64,000 nt of DNA from Octopus bimaculoides. Taxonomy: Eukaryota. Below, piece after piece: positions 13,971-28,165 of this stretch (position 1 is its first letter; each line of letters opens with the position of its first letter). The stretch spans positions 162,841,498-162,905,497 of the forward strand of contig NC_068982.1 of the NCBI RefSeq assembly GCF_001194135.2, given 5' to 3'. The notes below the pieces were generated by a model. It saw only the letters and a list, made by a program, of their open reading frames with translations, had not been told where the DNA came from and did no database searches. The translations under genes were made by a program, and so were the position numbers.

Positions 13971-16900
13971 GAACAAAAATATCTTGTCCTATTTGTTCTG
14001 CCCCTGTTACACAAATGTTCCTTTGTTATTCTCCCTATTGTAAATCAAATGAACTAGTAATTGATCTGTTAGCAACTTGTAACCAACACATCTGTTATTA
14101 ACAAAATACAATAGAAAATAATCTAAGTCTCCATAGAATAGAATTTAATCTCACAGATGTTTCAATTTGACAAAAGATTAGTTATTGGTTCTGGTTGAGC
14201 AAAAACCCAGTACTGATTAATTTTAAGTAGTTCACTCATCCATGATACAAAATAAATATTTCTAAATCAGGGAGATGTTTCTGAAGATTAATGACATGAT
14301 TGAGGCTACCATACTGATATAGCATCAAGAGCACGATTGTATTCAGTAAGAGTGAACAAGTAAAATAGTTATGCAGATAAAAGGCTTTCTAAATGGTCAC
14401 TCAATTTGTAATTTATAAAGAAATCTGCTAACTGAAATCAACCATTGCACCCTTGTTTTGGGAGGATTCTCCCCATCTTTTTTCTTTCATCTTGTACATA
14501 GCCAAAATAAGAGAAGCAGTGTCCATAGCTTTTGTAAGTCCTTCCAGACTGTCATGTTGAACTCCTAGAAGTTAAAATCTGTAGAATGAGCATCAACTGG
14601 GGCTCCGGGGGGGGGGGGGTCTCTTGGAAGGAAGAATTGAGTAGTGTTTAATAGAGAGTTGTTTAGTTGAGATATACAACATGGAAAGGAAGAAGTAGAC
14701 TAAGTGAACTTGGATATTTGTGGATCAATAACAGCAAAAAATCCAAAGGCAGACATAAGCCATTTACAGGACACTGGTCAGTTTAATGAAAGCTTGATAA
14801 TCAATCAGCTTTTTTTAAAGATATTTGCTGAAACAAATGTATTTTATTGGTATTTTCTCTTAGTGAACTTGAAAGCAAGAACTTATTAACTTTCTTTCAG
14901 ATTTCAAGACATTTAAAACAAAGTGACTGAAATTACTTATAAATGTAATTGGTAAAAGCTTTCATTCCTGTTTTAACAGCTCATGATAAAGACCAACAAA
15001 ATTGGTACCTTCTATTTCCTTATTTTCTTTAACTTTGAAAGAGGGGTAGAGAAGAGGTGGGAGGGAGAATGGGAGAGAGAAATGGATGAGATGACTGAAT
15101 CAAACATAAAAACAAGATTGGGAAACTATTATACAGACCACCATAGAAAAGCAGATGTTAAATTAATGACTATGGTAATATCATTATTAGTTTACTATAT
15201 TATATAGATCTTAGTAAAACCAGTATTTCTTCTTCTCTGGAGCAACATACTGCTGTGATTGCCACATTTGGTACATGACAGAGAGTATGGTGTGGTCCCA
15301 GACCAGACTCAAGGATCACTCCCAAATATTTGATTGACTACCCTCAGAGTTCTTTTCATGTCGAGCTAACAGGAGCTACTGAACAACAAAACCATAAGAA
15401 CAGAGACCACACAGCATAAACTGACATGTGGATAAGTGCACAAAAATATTGCTAAAAAAACCATAATGTACACTTTAGTAAATTAGATTGGAAAATTATT
15501 TGAAATGTACAAATTCCATTTTATTAAATTTATTTGATAAAAATGAATTTAGACAAAACTTTTTAAAGTTTAATGAGATTTGATGAAGTGGAAAAGATTA
15601 AATTAATAATACAATTGTAATAAAAACACAAAACTGATTTAGATTGCTCTTTTTGTAGAAGCTATCTAGTTATCAGGTGAACTAATTTTGAGTGCAGATA
15701 GCGATTGATTAAATAATAACAATACTTAGAACTTTTAAAGACTGAGGAGCCAGTTCTCAAAATAAAATCTATTGAGTTACAGAATGTAACAAACCTAAAA
15801 ATATGTTCAAGAAAACCTAAAAGTCAACATTGCAATGACAAGAATGCTAACTACCAACAAAGAGCACAAAATCTTAGAACCATCCAGGAAACGGCCAGGC
15901 TCATTTTGTAGGGGCCCAATAAGTACAAAAAAGATGAAATGTAACATGAATTACAATATGATAGAGATACAGAAGTTGTTTAGCTCAAGGTGCACTCTTA
16001 TGGAGTAGCTCTATGATCAAAAAAAGTTTGGGCCATAACCATCCCATACTTTTTGAGATATAATGCATCTAGGACTACATTATTCTTGACAAACAAAACC
16101 TTTCTCCTAAGACCGTAAAGAAATTTGAGAGATGTGACTGCTATTTCTAGCAGGTCTTCGATTGCATAGTAGCTCTCATGGTTAGCAGTGTAAATGACAA
16201 AGTCCTGTAATTCACTAGACAGTCTTTTTTTTAACAAGGTGATCAAAATAGTGCTAGAGAGATGTAAGAGAAACACATCTTGAGTACAAAAGAGATGGAT
16301 GTTCAGAGAACTGTTACTTATCTAGGGATGACCTAGATAGATAGATAGATTGATATCGCAAATTATTCTCTCTGGATGCAAAAAAGTAAACTTTTTGTAG
16401 CATATGTAAGATGTGTTGAATATATGAGATTGCAGAGGCTAAATTGAAAGGTGAGAATTATTTGTTGTATATGTAATGTTAAACTACATGAAAAGCAAAG
16501 CACATGTGAACTGAGAAAGTAGCTGGAGAGTTAAGATCTACACTAGTTGATGTATAAAATATGTGCAAAGAATGTGATGCTACATTGTGGGGAGTGAATT
16601 AGAGGGAATGTGGAAGAACTGCAGAAGCTGGAGGGAAATGAGGTATGGTATGTTATACATGCAATAATTTCTCTCAAAGATAGGGCTTATATTAATCAAG
16701 GGTGTGGCAGGGTGTAAAAGACATCAGCTGATGTATGCAGGAGAGATGACTAAATTGGTATGGACATGTGATCTAAATAGCTGATGAGTACTGGGTAATA
16801 AACTGATGTGCTGTTGGTGAATGCTATCTGTGAAAGAAAAAGACCAAAGACGTTAAAAAAAATAAAAAGGGGGTGAATTCAGATCTCAGGGACTAGATCT

Positions 16901-17209
16901 CACAAGAGAATGCACAAATCTAGTGGTGATATGCTTTGTAGCACACCTGTCCAGCTCATTTGGCATAGAAAAGTTGATATTAAGATGATTGAAATGGTAG
17001 ACTGAATAAACCATTAAAATCTTATAAGGAAGCTGTAATAGATTGGTGATAATAAACATGACAAGTGATGGCTAGAGAAAGTATAAAAAGAGAAAGCCTA
17101 AGAGAATGACAGGTAGTCAGTAATTTACTGATTAGTCTTGTTCTGGTAAATATCAACATAATAGATGTATATGTACACCATTTCGATACTGTAATGACAG
17201 ATACTTTCA

Positions 17210-17520
17210 GAGAGAGAGAAAGAGAGAGAGAAAGAGAAAGAGAGAGAGAGAGATGTATATGTATACATATAGATGTATATGTATAGATATAGAGAGATAG
17301 AAAGAGAGAGATGTATATGTATACATATAAGATGTATATAAGATGTATATGTACACGTATATGTATAGATATATATATATATATAGATATAGATCTATAT
17401 GCATACATGTATATGTATACATATGTGTAGATGTATATATATATATATATATAGATGTACATGTAATATGTACACATATATACAGATATCTATACATATA
17501 TACACCCATCACACACACAT
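17210..17520. repeat. Compound (AG)n / (TA,TG)n microsatellite
   Basis: Direct inspection; source of the spurious IYIYIY ORFs. Confidence 0.95.
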
Positions 17521-17691
17521 TAGTCATTTGTTTTCTTATCCAAAACTACGCCAAAAGTACTGAATGGATCTTTATGAAATTTGGAAATTATATTCTTTGC
17601 ATAACGGCCATAACTCCCATGAAAATTCATATATTTTTGATGTTGATGAAATTTTAACCCGAACATAACAGATGAGCATTATTTGTAATTC

Positions 17692-18566
17692 NNNNNNNNN
17701 NNNNNNNNNNNNNNNNNNNNNNNNNNNNNNNNNNNNNNNNNNNNNNNNNNNNNNNNNNNNNNNNNNNNNNNNNNNNNNNNNNNNNNNNNNNNNNNNNNNN
17801 NNNNNNNNNNNNNNNNNNNNNNNNNNNNNNNNNNNNNNNNNNNNNNNNNNNNNNNNNNNNNNNNNNNNNNNNNNNNNNNNNNNNNNNNNNNNNNNNNNNN
17901 NNNNNNNNNNNNNNNNNNNNNNNNNNNNNNNNNNNNNNNNNNNNNNNNNNNNNNNNNNNNNNNNNNNNNNNNNNNNNNNNNNNNNNNNNNNNNNNNNNNN
18001 NNNNNNNNNNNNNNNNNNNNNNNNNNNNNNNNNNNNNNNNNNNNNNNNNNNNNNNNNNNNNNNNNNNNNNNNNNNNNNNNNNNNNNNNNNNNNNNNNNNN
18101 NNNNNNNNNNNNNNNNNNNNNNNNNNNNNNNNNNNNNNNNNNNNNNNNNNNNNNNNNNNNNNNNNNNNNNNNNNNNNNNNNNNNNNNNNNNNNNNNNNNN
18201 NNNNNNNNNNNNNNNNNNNNNNNNNNNNNNNNNNNNNNNNNNNNNNNNNNNNNNNNNNNNNNNNNNNNNNNNNNNNNNNNNNNNNNNNNNNNNNNNNNNN
18301 NNNNNNNNNNNNNNNNNNNNNNNNNNNNNNNNNNNNNNNNNNNNNNNNNNNNNNNNNNNNNNNNNNNNNNNNNNNNNNNNNNNNNNNNNNNNNNNNNNNN
18401 NNNNNNNNNNNNNNNNNNNNNNNNNNNNNNNNNNNNNNNNNNNNNNNNNNNNNNNNNNNNNNNNNNNNNNNNNNNNNNNNNNNNNNNNNNNNNNNNNNNN
18501 NNNNNNNNNNNNNNNNNNNNNNNNNNNNNNNNNNNNNNNNNNNNNNNNNNNNNNNNNNNNNNNNNN
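17692..18566. other. Assembly gap (N run); other gaps at 6295-6322, 50781-51299 and 59990-60042
   Basis: Runs of N in the sequence. Confidence 1.
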
Positions 18567-18617
18567 ATATTGATATACATATATATACGTGTGTTTGGGT
18601 GCGTGTGTGTATATACA

Positions 18618-18708
18618 TCTCTATATATAAAGATGATGCGTAGTCTAGACGGCGTTTTTAGATTTCATTATTCTCTTTAACCCGGGCAACGCCGGGTATT
18701 TCTGCTAG
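18618..18708 (+). mobile_element. 91-bp non-autonomous Helitron-like element
   Basis: A|TCTCTATATATAAA 5' end; subterminal hairpin CCCGG-gcaacg-CCGGG at 18681-18696; 3' CTAG|T; inserted in an A-T dinucleotide. Confidence 0.65.
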
Positions 18709-20022
18709 TACGTTATAAAAAAGAAAATTTGAGAAATCATGAATTTTTTGCAATCCCTCTCCCTGCCCCCGATTGTTTCTGTTTAGAAATTAAAATACCG
18801 GAGAGCCTGAGGTCATTGCTGGCATTTAACCAGTGATTTTAAAAAATTACAGAGATGTGCTTGCATAGCAAATGACTTGATCTGAGATCGTGTGCTGAAA
18901 CAAAAACAATTGTAAACCATTCAAGAACACAAATACTGTTAGTTTCACTTCAACATTAAAACTTCATTTGTGTCAAAATATTTTCGTTGCTTTGAAACCG
19001 TGACCTGTTCACTGACAAAACTTCACAAAAATGCAGTACAAAGTTTTGTCAGTGAATAGCACACACACGGACACACATTTATTGCCTTTCATTTGTATGC
19101 ATGTGTATCTATGTGTGTGCGCCAGTGTGTATTGGTGTGTGTGTGTGTGTGTGTGTGTGTCACTGTTGAAGTTGTGTTTGGAAACTGAATAAGGTGCAAG
19201 TTTCGAGTACTTGTTGGTAACTTTGTTTTTATCTCCTCATCTTCTAATAGTAATTACCCAACCTTCTAGGCTCTTCTCACAGTTATCCTGCATTCAAAAA
19301 TTATATGGGTATTTAAAAAAATTTTCATTCAATAAATAATGTTTTTACATTACATATACATTAATAACAAATTAAAACTTAAAAGAGAAAGTGAGAGACT
19401 TTGCAAATGAAAATGGAATACTCCGCAATGAATATTTAAATGTGATGAATTGGACACAGTGAATATTTAAATTTGTGAGAAATTGGAGTTTAAAAAATTC
19501 AATAAACTTGAGAAATTGAAATTATAGGAAATTTCTTAGAACATGAATTTATAAAAATATTTCCAGACGGTCAACCCTTTAATAATTGCTTTCTTTTAGT
19601 ACTTTTGGTAATTGTTACATACCTAATTAATAAGCAAACTACTGCCTAGAAGTTCCTTTTCAGATTCTGAGAGTTTAGATTTCCATATCATGCTGAGACT
19701 TTTAAGTACTACACAAACTTTGCTGATACACAGCCTAACATCTGCCTGTATAGATTCAAAGAATTTACTGGTATTATTGAGTTTCTAGAACAATGATGTA
19801 ATTGTATCTTAAAAGTTCATCAGTTGTAACTGATAAATTACATCTTTCTAAATGTTAACAAATCTTCCAAACTGTGAAGTGTAGAAGACATAGTCAAGAC
19901 AACAGTTTCTCAGGAGCTCCTTCTGATCATCATATGTCCATTAAAGTTTGTCTTAAGCCTATATGCCAACATGCTCATTATCAACAGCAATTGATACATT
20001 GACCAACAAAGAGGATATACAC

Positions 20023-20190
20023 CAGTGATTCTCAACCCTTTTATTTAAATGAGTTTTCCCACAGACCCCTTTTAATATGCTTGTCCTTGTGTGTGTGTGT
20101 GTGTATGAAATTTTGAATTTAGTTCACAGACCTCCAGTATTACCTTTGCGGGCCACTAGGGGTCTGCAGACCCCAGGTTGGGAACCACTG
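20023..20190. mobile_element. hAT-superfamily (Charlie-like) MITE
   Basis: TIRs CAGTGATTCTCAACC and GGTTGGGAACCACTG (13/15 match). Perfect 8-bp TSD ATATACAC at 20015-20022 and 20191-20198. Confidence 0.9.
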
Positions 20191-23100
20191 ATATACACAA
20201 TCAATACATCATTAAGGTCAGTAGCAGATCTGAAACACTTGAAACAGAAAATGGAATCAACTCTGCTAAAATTACTACCTATGAAAATTTTGTTATGCCA
20301 CAGCATACTACAGCTACACGACACATTCCACTCACACCTAAGATCAAGAAGAGCATCTTGTATAGTCACTGACGAATATGAAAATATCAAGGAAACAGCT
20401 CATCTCAAAAACATAAACCTTTCAGAAAGAACCTACAGTAAACTTGAAAAAACATGGAAAGAACTCACTGATACATATGAACTGGAGCATCTCATTACAC
20501 ACATTTTTAGCATGGAAAAAAACTGCTCCTGAAATCAGTAGCTGTAAAAAGATAAATAAGGCTAAGTTAAAAGCCTCAGGCCACAGGATCACCTTAACCA
20601 AGAGCAGGACATTACTGAAAATCTTCTTGGAAAACATCAACTCACTATCGATAAGTCTGTAGAAACTATCATAAACTAGAAGCTGAGTAACTTCACAGAG
20701 TTGTAGTAATAGATGTTTATAGTAATTAAAATAAGGAAGAATATCCAACAATAAAAGATGTATGACCCAATAAGTAATATGTAAATAATCAAACTTGTTG
20801 AGTTAGCAAGAAGTAATCTCCAGTAATAAGACCATAACATTTCAGCAAAGTTTATATAGGTATCCACCAAAGATGTATAATTTCATTTTTTGAAACTGAA
20901 TAAATAAAATTATGATTTCTGTATGACTAAATTATCATTGTTTAGTCAAACCATAAGTTGAAGTTTAAAGATGTTAATATTCATGTAGTCTTGATGATAA
21001 AATTGGTACTGGTGTTTAGATATTGATGGTCAGAACTTCTAAAGAATCAATATAGTCACAGAAGCAGCTATGTAAACTAGGCATGAAGTTTTTCAAATCT
21101 GTTAATTGAATAGATCTATCTGTATTGCAAATAAAATCAATTGTAGTAGAGGGGAAGAATTGAATTTTGTTTAGTATTTAGTCTTATACTATTTCTTCCA
21201 AAGTTGTTCTAAGAAACTTCAACTGTTCACATTTGAGCTTCATCTGGCTTGTCTTCAGTTGGAAGCTATTTGTCACAACATATGCAAAAGTGGTTCAATT
21301 ACTCACACTCATACTCATGTTACATTAATTACACTGTCACCTGTAACCATGTTCACACCTATGCAGCTGTTACCATTAAGGACACCTCCTTAACCTTCAG
21401 CAGGGTTGTCATGCACATACCTTCTAGACACATGTCAAATCTATATTGCCATCATGACAAAAACCTTGGAAACATTCTTAAATAGGGACAAAATCTTTAC
21501 TTCAAAAGCATACAGATACTGCACATGTTAGGAAGACAATCTTCTTTAGCTTCTGAAGTTCTGACAACACAAAACCCCTCAAAGTCACTACAAACGCTAG
21601 GCCTCACATTGACTGATATTCATAAAAGCAAAAATTACTGATATTAATATCCTAGAGAGATTCAAAACAAGTTAGCTAGAAAGCTCTCACTCACCAACGC
21701 ACTTCCTCTAGTCTACAACATGTCTACTCACTTTGCCTCGCATTCTACACAAGTAGCTGCTCCTTACAACTAGCTAGCAGCATACCATCACCTAATACTC
21801 CTCTTGAAACAGCATTTCCTCTCCAAAGCCCTGCAATAGTGATAATGTTCGATCCTTCCTCTCAAGAGGGTCAATCCTCTGAAATTCGTATGTTTTTCCT
21901 GCAGACATTACTTAAAGTTGTTCAAAGTAAACATCATCTGCAACAGTTTAATCAGTCTTACAGGGTAATCAAAGGTCATAGGCATCACCCACTTCTTCCT
22001 GATTAAAGCCATTAAAAAATGTTTAACAAATGAAGGATAATGAAAATGCCCAATTTCTTATAAAAGAAAAGTTGAAATAGAAGAACAGCTGACAGTACTT
22101 AAATGTAATGACTGATATACAATAGTTCAACACACAAAAAAACAAAAAAAAAAAAGCGAAAATATACTAAGAAACAAAAATGCATGAAATATCAGGTCTG
22201 GGATATCCAACATCTGTGACATTAGTCACTTTATTTTGAAATATTGTGATGGAGGTTAAAAGATTTTACAAAAAAAGAATTATACAAAGAAACACTTTGA
22301 TAATCAAATGACAAGTTATTGGTTTTTACCAGTCTTTTGTGAGTAGAGCAAAGTATACATAGAATAAATAACCTCAAGTTAATATACCTGTCAAATGGTA
22401 GAGGATGGCTGTTTACTTTTAGGCCAGGTCCAACTGAACTGACCTTTGATCAAAAGTGCTCCAATCATGACAACCTCATCCTCCTCTAGATACAATATCA
22501 AACATTACATTAATGTATTCCCTTCAATTTGAAATAAGTATGGTGTAATTTAAGGGAGATTTGACTGCTATTTTTAGCAACAACAACAATATAGATGTTT
22601 CCTCATAGGCTTGTGGCACATAATGATAAAATATTTAATACTACAATGAATAGTGGTCTTCTCAGTCCAAATGGCTGTGCAGATAAGAAGCTTGCTTTGA
22701 AACCATGTGGTAATAGGCTGCTTGGATGTAGTAGACAGAAACTGAAAGACGCCTATCATGTGTGTGCACGTGCATATGTATTCGTGTCATTTTGTCCTGA
22801 TTGTGTGCTAATTGTAAACATCACTATTAAACAAATGGTGCCATTCATCTGCAATCTTCTGTGAAGATATGTCAGGCGATTGTACTGTTGTGTTTAAAGG
22901 ACAAATAGAAGTATTACCTTACTTGGAAATTGGTAAAGATCAGCCAACGGGAGCATGTTAGGCAGTAAATTCTGCCCCAACAGATTTCATTTGACCCATG
23001 CAAACATTAAACAATGAGATAACTGGAATATTCAACATGATCCAAGCTAATAAATACATTTCAACATTAGGTAAACAATATACTTATATAAGATATTTAT

Positions 23101-24034
23101 TATGTAAATGAATTAACATCATAACCAACTCCAACTGAATTGGTTGCAGTAAAAATGACATTTAATAAGATTCATTGAAACTTAGGCTAAAGATAAACTT
23201 TTGAATCAAACTATTGTCTTACATAACTAATCTGGCTGCAGAACTTTTTTTTTTTCACTATTTGACTTATGACCATCTTTTCTTATATCTTTCTTGTCCC
23301 ATAATATACCTATTTACCTTCTATGTCACTTGTTTTGTACTTAGGTGCACATGTGATATTGTTTGTGCATGATTGAAGTTACATCTCAAAGTAAGTAGCT
23401 CCTCCTGATTTATATTTATATACATGGATGGTTAGATACATGTACATTAACTCTCAATCCTATATTTGTTTTAATTTTTCCAACTCATTACCTTGTTTCT
23501 GCTCTTCATTTGTCTCTCCTCACTCCTTCTGCTGGACTTCTAACCCAACTTAGAAGGAACACTCAAGAACTCTCTAATACAGATGGTATCATGGCCAGCC
23601 ATAATGCATGGTTTGAGCTGTCAGTGGGCTTCTTACTCTGTTTTGAATTAGTGCTGTGGGCTCGTAGATGCCACACAAAAAGCACCTAAGCCAGTGCTGC
23701 GTAAAAGCACTCAGTACAATCTGAAAAGTGGTTGGTGTTAAGGGCATCCAGCTCTGGAAACCATGCCAACATGGAAAACAGATGTTAAATGATGATGGAG
23801 AGAGAGAGAGAGAGAGGATATACACAATCAGTGACCAGGTTTAGCATCATCATCTGGTGTTGGGGTGCTTTTAGCAGAATGCAGTTGCAATCATTTGAGC
23901 CAGATCTCTGGTCTAAGGATAACTTCTGTCCTTCCCACCACCAGACTCTGAGGCTAGCTCTAAAAACGCTTGTGTGCTGTCTTTCATCTTATAACTAAAC
24001 TATAAAAAGTTTATAAATATAAACATTTTAAATT

Positions 24035-24230
24035 TTGGCACAAAGCCAGCAGTTTAGGGAGAAGGGGGTTAATCATATTGACTCTAGTGCTGAACTGGTA
24101 CATATTTTATCAACCACAGGATGAAAGGCAAAGTTAACTTTGGTGAAATTTGAGTTCAGAATGTCAAGAACCAAAAGAAATTCCACTAAGCATTTTGTTC
24201 AACATGCTAACAATTCTGCTAGTAGTTCAA
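24035..24230 (-). mobile_element. Degenerate tRNA-derived SINE, second family
   Basis: Minus strand reads ...gttctgaactcaaatttcaccaaagttaactttgcctttcatcc...gtaccagttcagcact.... A related plus-strand copy is near 46960-47100. Confidence 0.55.
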
Positions 24231-26729
24231 CACATTTCTTCTCCAGTAGGATGGAAAAAAAACACACATTTCTTCTCCAGTAGGGGGAAAATAATTTTTG
24301 CGTGCATGTAAGTATTTCTCCATTTATGAATAACTAATTCCATTCTATGACTTTCAACACCTCAAATAATTGATTACCCTAAGCTAATCTACTACATCTC
24401 AGTACATTACATTTCAGTACAACACAACACCATACTATTAGCCACAAAACAATCCTATTTTTAATATAGCTTAGTTCCATAATCTTTGATCAACTATTCC
24501 AAATTCTTGACTTTGTAGTTGCCAAAGTATCAGATTCTGACAAGACCATATCAAAAGCTCATAATGATCAGTCCTAACCAACAGAAACAGCCAATTTCCC
24601 CATGTAACAAAATTGTTTCATGCACGAACAACTGGAGAGTCAAGTTATAATAAAAATCCAATTGTAAAATAGATTTTTCTTATTGACTAAATCAACTGAC
24701 AGTAAAAGCATTACCAAAATATGTATTCCTGCTGCAGTGATGGATATTGCATTAGCCTCGCTCTAGCTACTACCTGTTGATTTATTTAGTAAATACAAAT
24801 TTAGATTAGTCCTACTTATTTCAAGAATCCTGAGCCTATATATACACCTGCTGCCCTTCATACTTATTTCGCTACATCTGCATTATTGTCTACTAGTTTC
24901 CACCTCATGCTCAAGTCACTCATCCATTTTTCATCTCTTACAAGCAAAATCTGTATCTATGATGCTTCTTATTCTTAGTTCAAATCAGTTAAGATTACTC
25001 CTTTAGGTTTACATCAATTCCTTCGGCGTTCCATTTCTTGCTAAACACATTTAGTACATACATATGCCCCCATATCGCTAACTTTTTATACAGGTTCATT
25101 TTAATTAAACCTTTTCTGCTGTACTGAATCAATATAGATAGCAAATTACGAAGATGCTTAATTTGTCAGTTAAAAAGATAACAGGTAATTAAGGTACAAA
25201 TATACTTACACAAAACTTTGTGCCTAATATTAATCTTTTTATACAAAAAACAACGGGGATGGGGTCGATACACTTTTAATATGATGGCATTTTAAATAGA
25301 AAGTAGTTAAGTTCAATCTATTTTTCAAATAATCTCCCTCCAAAATAGGTTTCTGAGGTGTTACATTTAATGTAGAACGAAGGTGCGCGCGTAGAGTTAA
25401 GAGAAATAAAACAAGAAACAATACATAAAATTTCCCACCAGATTGTCCAATGTCTAACAGACAAATCAAGTATTAGAGACAGAACCTTCAACACCCACCG
25501 AAACTGCAAGTTTTATTAGTTTTTATGTCAAATCTCTGAATGTAGTCTAATATTTATAAGATCCGTTTACACACACACATTGAAATACCTGTAAGGGATG
25601 TTTGTCAATTTTTTAATTAATGAATAATAATTTATTAATTACCTCTCTATTTTCTTATTATAATAAATAAATATATATAAACCAAGGTTTATATAGTTAT
25701 CTTGCAGTTGAGTATTAACTGTAATGTTCAACATTTTTGTATAGGCAACTAATCAGTATTTTAATAGGATTTTGCTATCCCTGAATGAGGTTTGTAACCT
25801 TTATTTGTACTTATATATATATAGTAAAGATCTTTTACCAATATAATGTAGCAGCCCTGATTAGGACGAATGTTACTGTTATTTAGCCCCAGGAAATATC
25901 GTCTCCAGCTGGCTAATATATAGCCCCTATACTCGATAGTTGCGTTGGAGAGAAAACGTTTACTTGATAACATTGTCAGGGAGCGGATGCAGTTGAGCTC
26001 AATAACAAATATCTGTTGAATTCTTTCTACGCTAGACCTACAAACAGTTTTATTGGAGCAACGAAAAATACTATTTCGCTGCTTCGATACTGCGGAACTG
26101 ATGTTCTCGTGTTACTTGACTAAATTTCAAGTGTTCCTCTTAACAAACATACACGATAAATCAAAAAAAAAAAAAGGAAAAAAAAACCATTAACTGTTCT
26201 TTCCAGCATGTGAAAAGTTAACGCTCAAATGAGGAATAAAGTGCATTAGTAACTCCATCCAAACGTATTAAGAAGGGGAGCAGGTAGAGAAATCTTGATA
26301 TATCTGAAAAGAACTGCAGAGGGGGAAAAGAACACAAGAAAATATTTATTACGAAAATAGGTTCCTAAAGTCGAAATAAATGTGTCAAATGACAAAACTG
26401 GAGCTGTTTGTGCAATGATAATAGTATCGTATAAATTCACGATATAATTAGAGGTATATCTCAGAAAATTTCTATGATATTGTAGGCTATTGTAAATGAT
26501 AAAACAGGGATTCTTACATATTCGAACAATAGGACTGGATATGGTCCTAGATTTGTATAAGAGAGGCCGGCTAGCTTGGAATTCTAGTGATTGGGTGTTA
26601 ACTGTACGAAATGAATTTTCTAATTAACTACATGGAAGGAGACACTAAGAGAAAACAGGACGAATACAACTGATTTTGAAAATCAATTATGTTTAAAGTT
26701 TGATTCATTTAATTTACAAAAACTAAAAC

Positions 26730-27250
26730 TTAGTTACAAGTTTTAACAAAAAGTCTGCTCAAGTGACGTTCTTAACAAAACACAACGGATGGCAGAAGAG
26801 AGATATCTCCTGGTAAAGGATTCCCTGTTGCAACGTGGACATTCAACATTCAAAGATAATAAAATTCGAAAAGGAGATGGGTAGCCCAATTTAGCTGATG
26901 GGCTGATGATTTTTAACGCAACTCTACACATTTTGAAGGAGAGATGTACTTTAAGCGATCGGTATATAACTTGTACTTATTTTCTCCACTCAAAAGGCCT
27001 ATTCATAAAAACAGGTAGATCGAGAATGTAAACTTAAGAATCTATAGAGAAAACAAAATTAGAATACACTAATTACTAAATGACAAGAAAACCAAGGCGA
27101 ATTAGGAGAGTTTTTCTTTTAAATATCCAACATATAGAGTTGGTGCACACGCATATGTTCAATTCCGTTAACTAGGAAATGGAACTCGCATATTCGTAGT
27201 AAATTTATGTAAATTTAATATCAAGATTACAGGTCGCTAATTACACAGAA
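26730..27250 (+). mobile_element. Highly degraded possible Penelope-like (PLE) reverse transcriptase relic in SURF4 intron 1
   Basis: Frameshifted pieces in the expected order: LVTSFNKKS, STFKDNKIRKGD/EMGSPI, MYFKRSVYNL and RKWNSHI, resembling PLE LVSFDVKS, FNxKxYxQxDG..MGSP, YxRYVDD and HWxS. Many stops. Confidence 0.35.
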
Positions 27251-28114
27251 GTATTCATCTAAAGAATTCTAGAGAAACGTTTCCAAAGTTACTACACATC
27301 ACTTACAATTACATCCTCAAAACGTGAATAGGGACATATGGAACACTCCTCAGAAGTCCGTATGCTTCTAAACGGAGCCTAAATATCCTTCACGAAGCGG
27401 GGGTGATTCGTTGGCAATGTAAAAGTGATGGGCGGTGAATATTGATAAGAAGAATTATCATCATCACTATCAGACGTATACAAGACGGTCAACGAGGAAG
27501 CTCCTAAGTGGTCGCAAAACCTGCTAGAAATGGCAGCCAAATCTCCCTCCAATTGAACCCTTATCACCATGAGAAAGGGACCCACTGGATAATGTATTCT
27601 TGGATACGCAACGCATGGAAGGACGGGGTACTCATAACGCCTGCTTTTCATTGTTTGCTCACTTGGACTGATTTGGGATTAAACAATAATACAAAACAAA
27701 CAGTAATGTTTTGGCCAGAATATGTATTATATTAAAACACAAACCACCTCTGTAGCTTGCAGAGTGTTAAGATATCAGATTCAAAAGGACAGCTCTAAAT
27801 GACGGGAATAGAACAGCTTCAAATAGTTGGTCAAAAACTATGACGGTAACAACTGTTGTATTAACTCATTAACAAGGAGAACTAAAGTGACACATCACAA
27901 TGTAAATATGTGAAAAATGTTCAAAATTGGAAAATGTTAAATCAATGAGCAAGAAGATTAAGATGTAAATACTTATATAATGATTGAGAATATATGATGC
28001 AGTAAGTCATGTTGTAGATGACAGGAAAAAGAAGCTAAAGTGTGTTAAAGTTGATAGTTGAGGAGGTAAAAGTTGATAAATAACAAGAAAGTGTCATTGA
28101 AAGATGCCACTCAC

Positions 28115-28165
28115 CAGGTCCACCACATCCTCAGCTTTATCCATTAATTCCTGCTGTCGCGGCAT
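28115..28165 (-). CDS. SURF4: SURF4 exon 1 coding part (51 nt)
   Basis: ATG at 28165-28163. MPRQQELMDKAEDVVDL|gtgagt resembles the SURF4 N-terminus MGQNDLMGTAEDFADQ. Joins exon 2 in phase 0 across a 16.8-kb intron. Confidence 0.9.

Noticed and set aside
17022-18643. Long ORFs of 100-350 aa in the track (also 50437-51415 and 59898-60209)
   Set aside because: Artefacts of microsatellites and N-gaps.
20077-20751. Overlapping 151-, 109- and 72-aa ORFs as a nested gene
   Set aside because: The ORF starts inside a hAT MITE/(GT)n tract, with no recognisable homology or splice structure. Probably decayed TE sequence.
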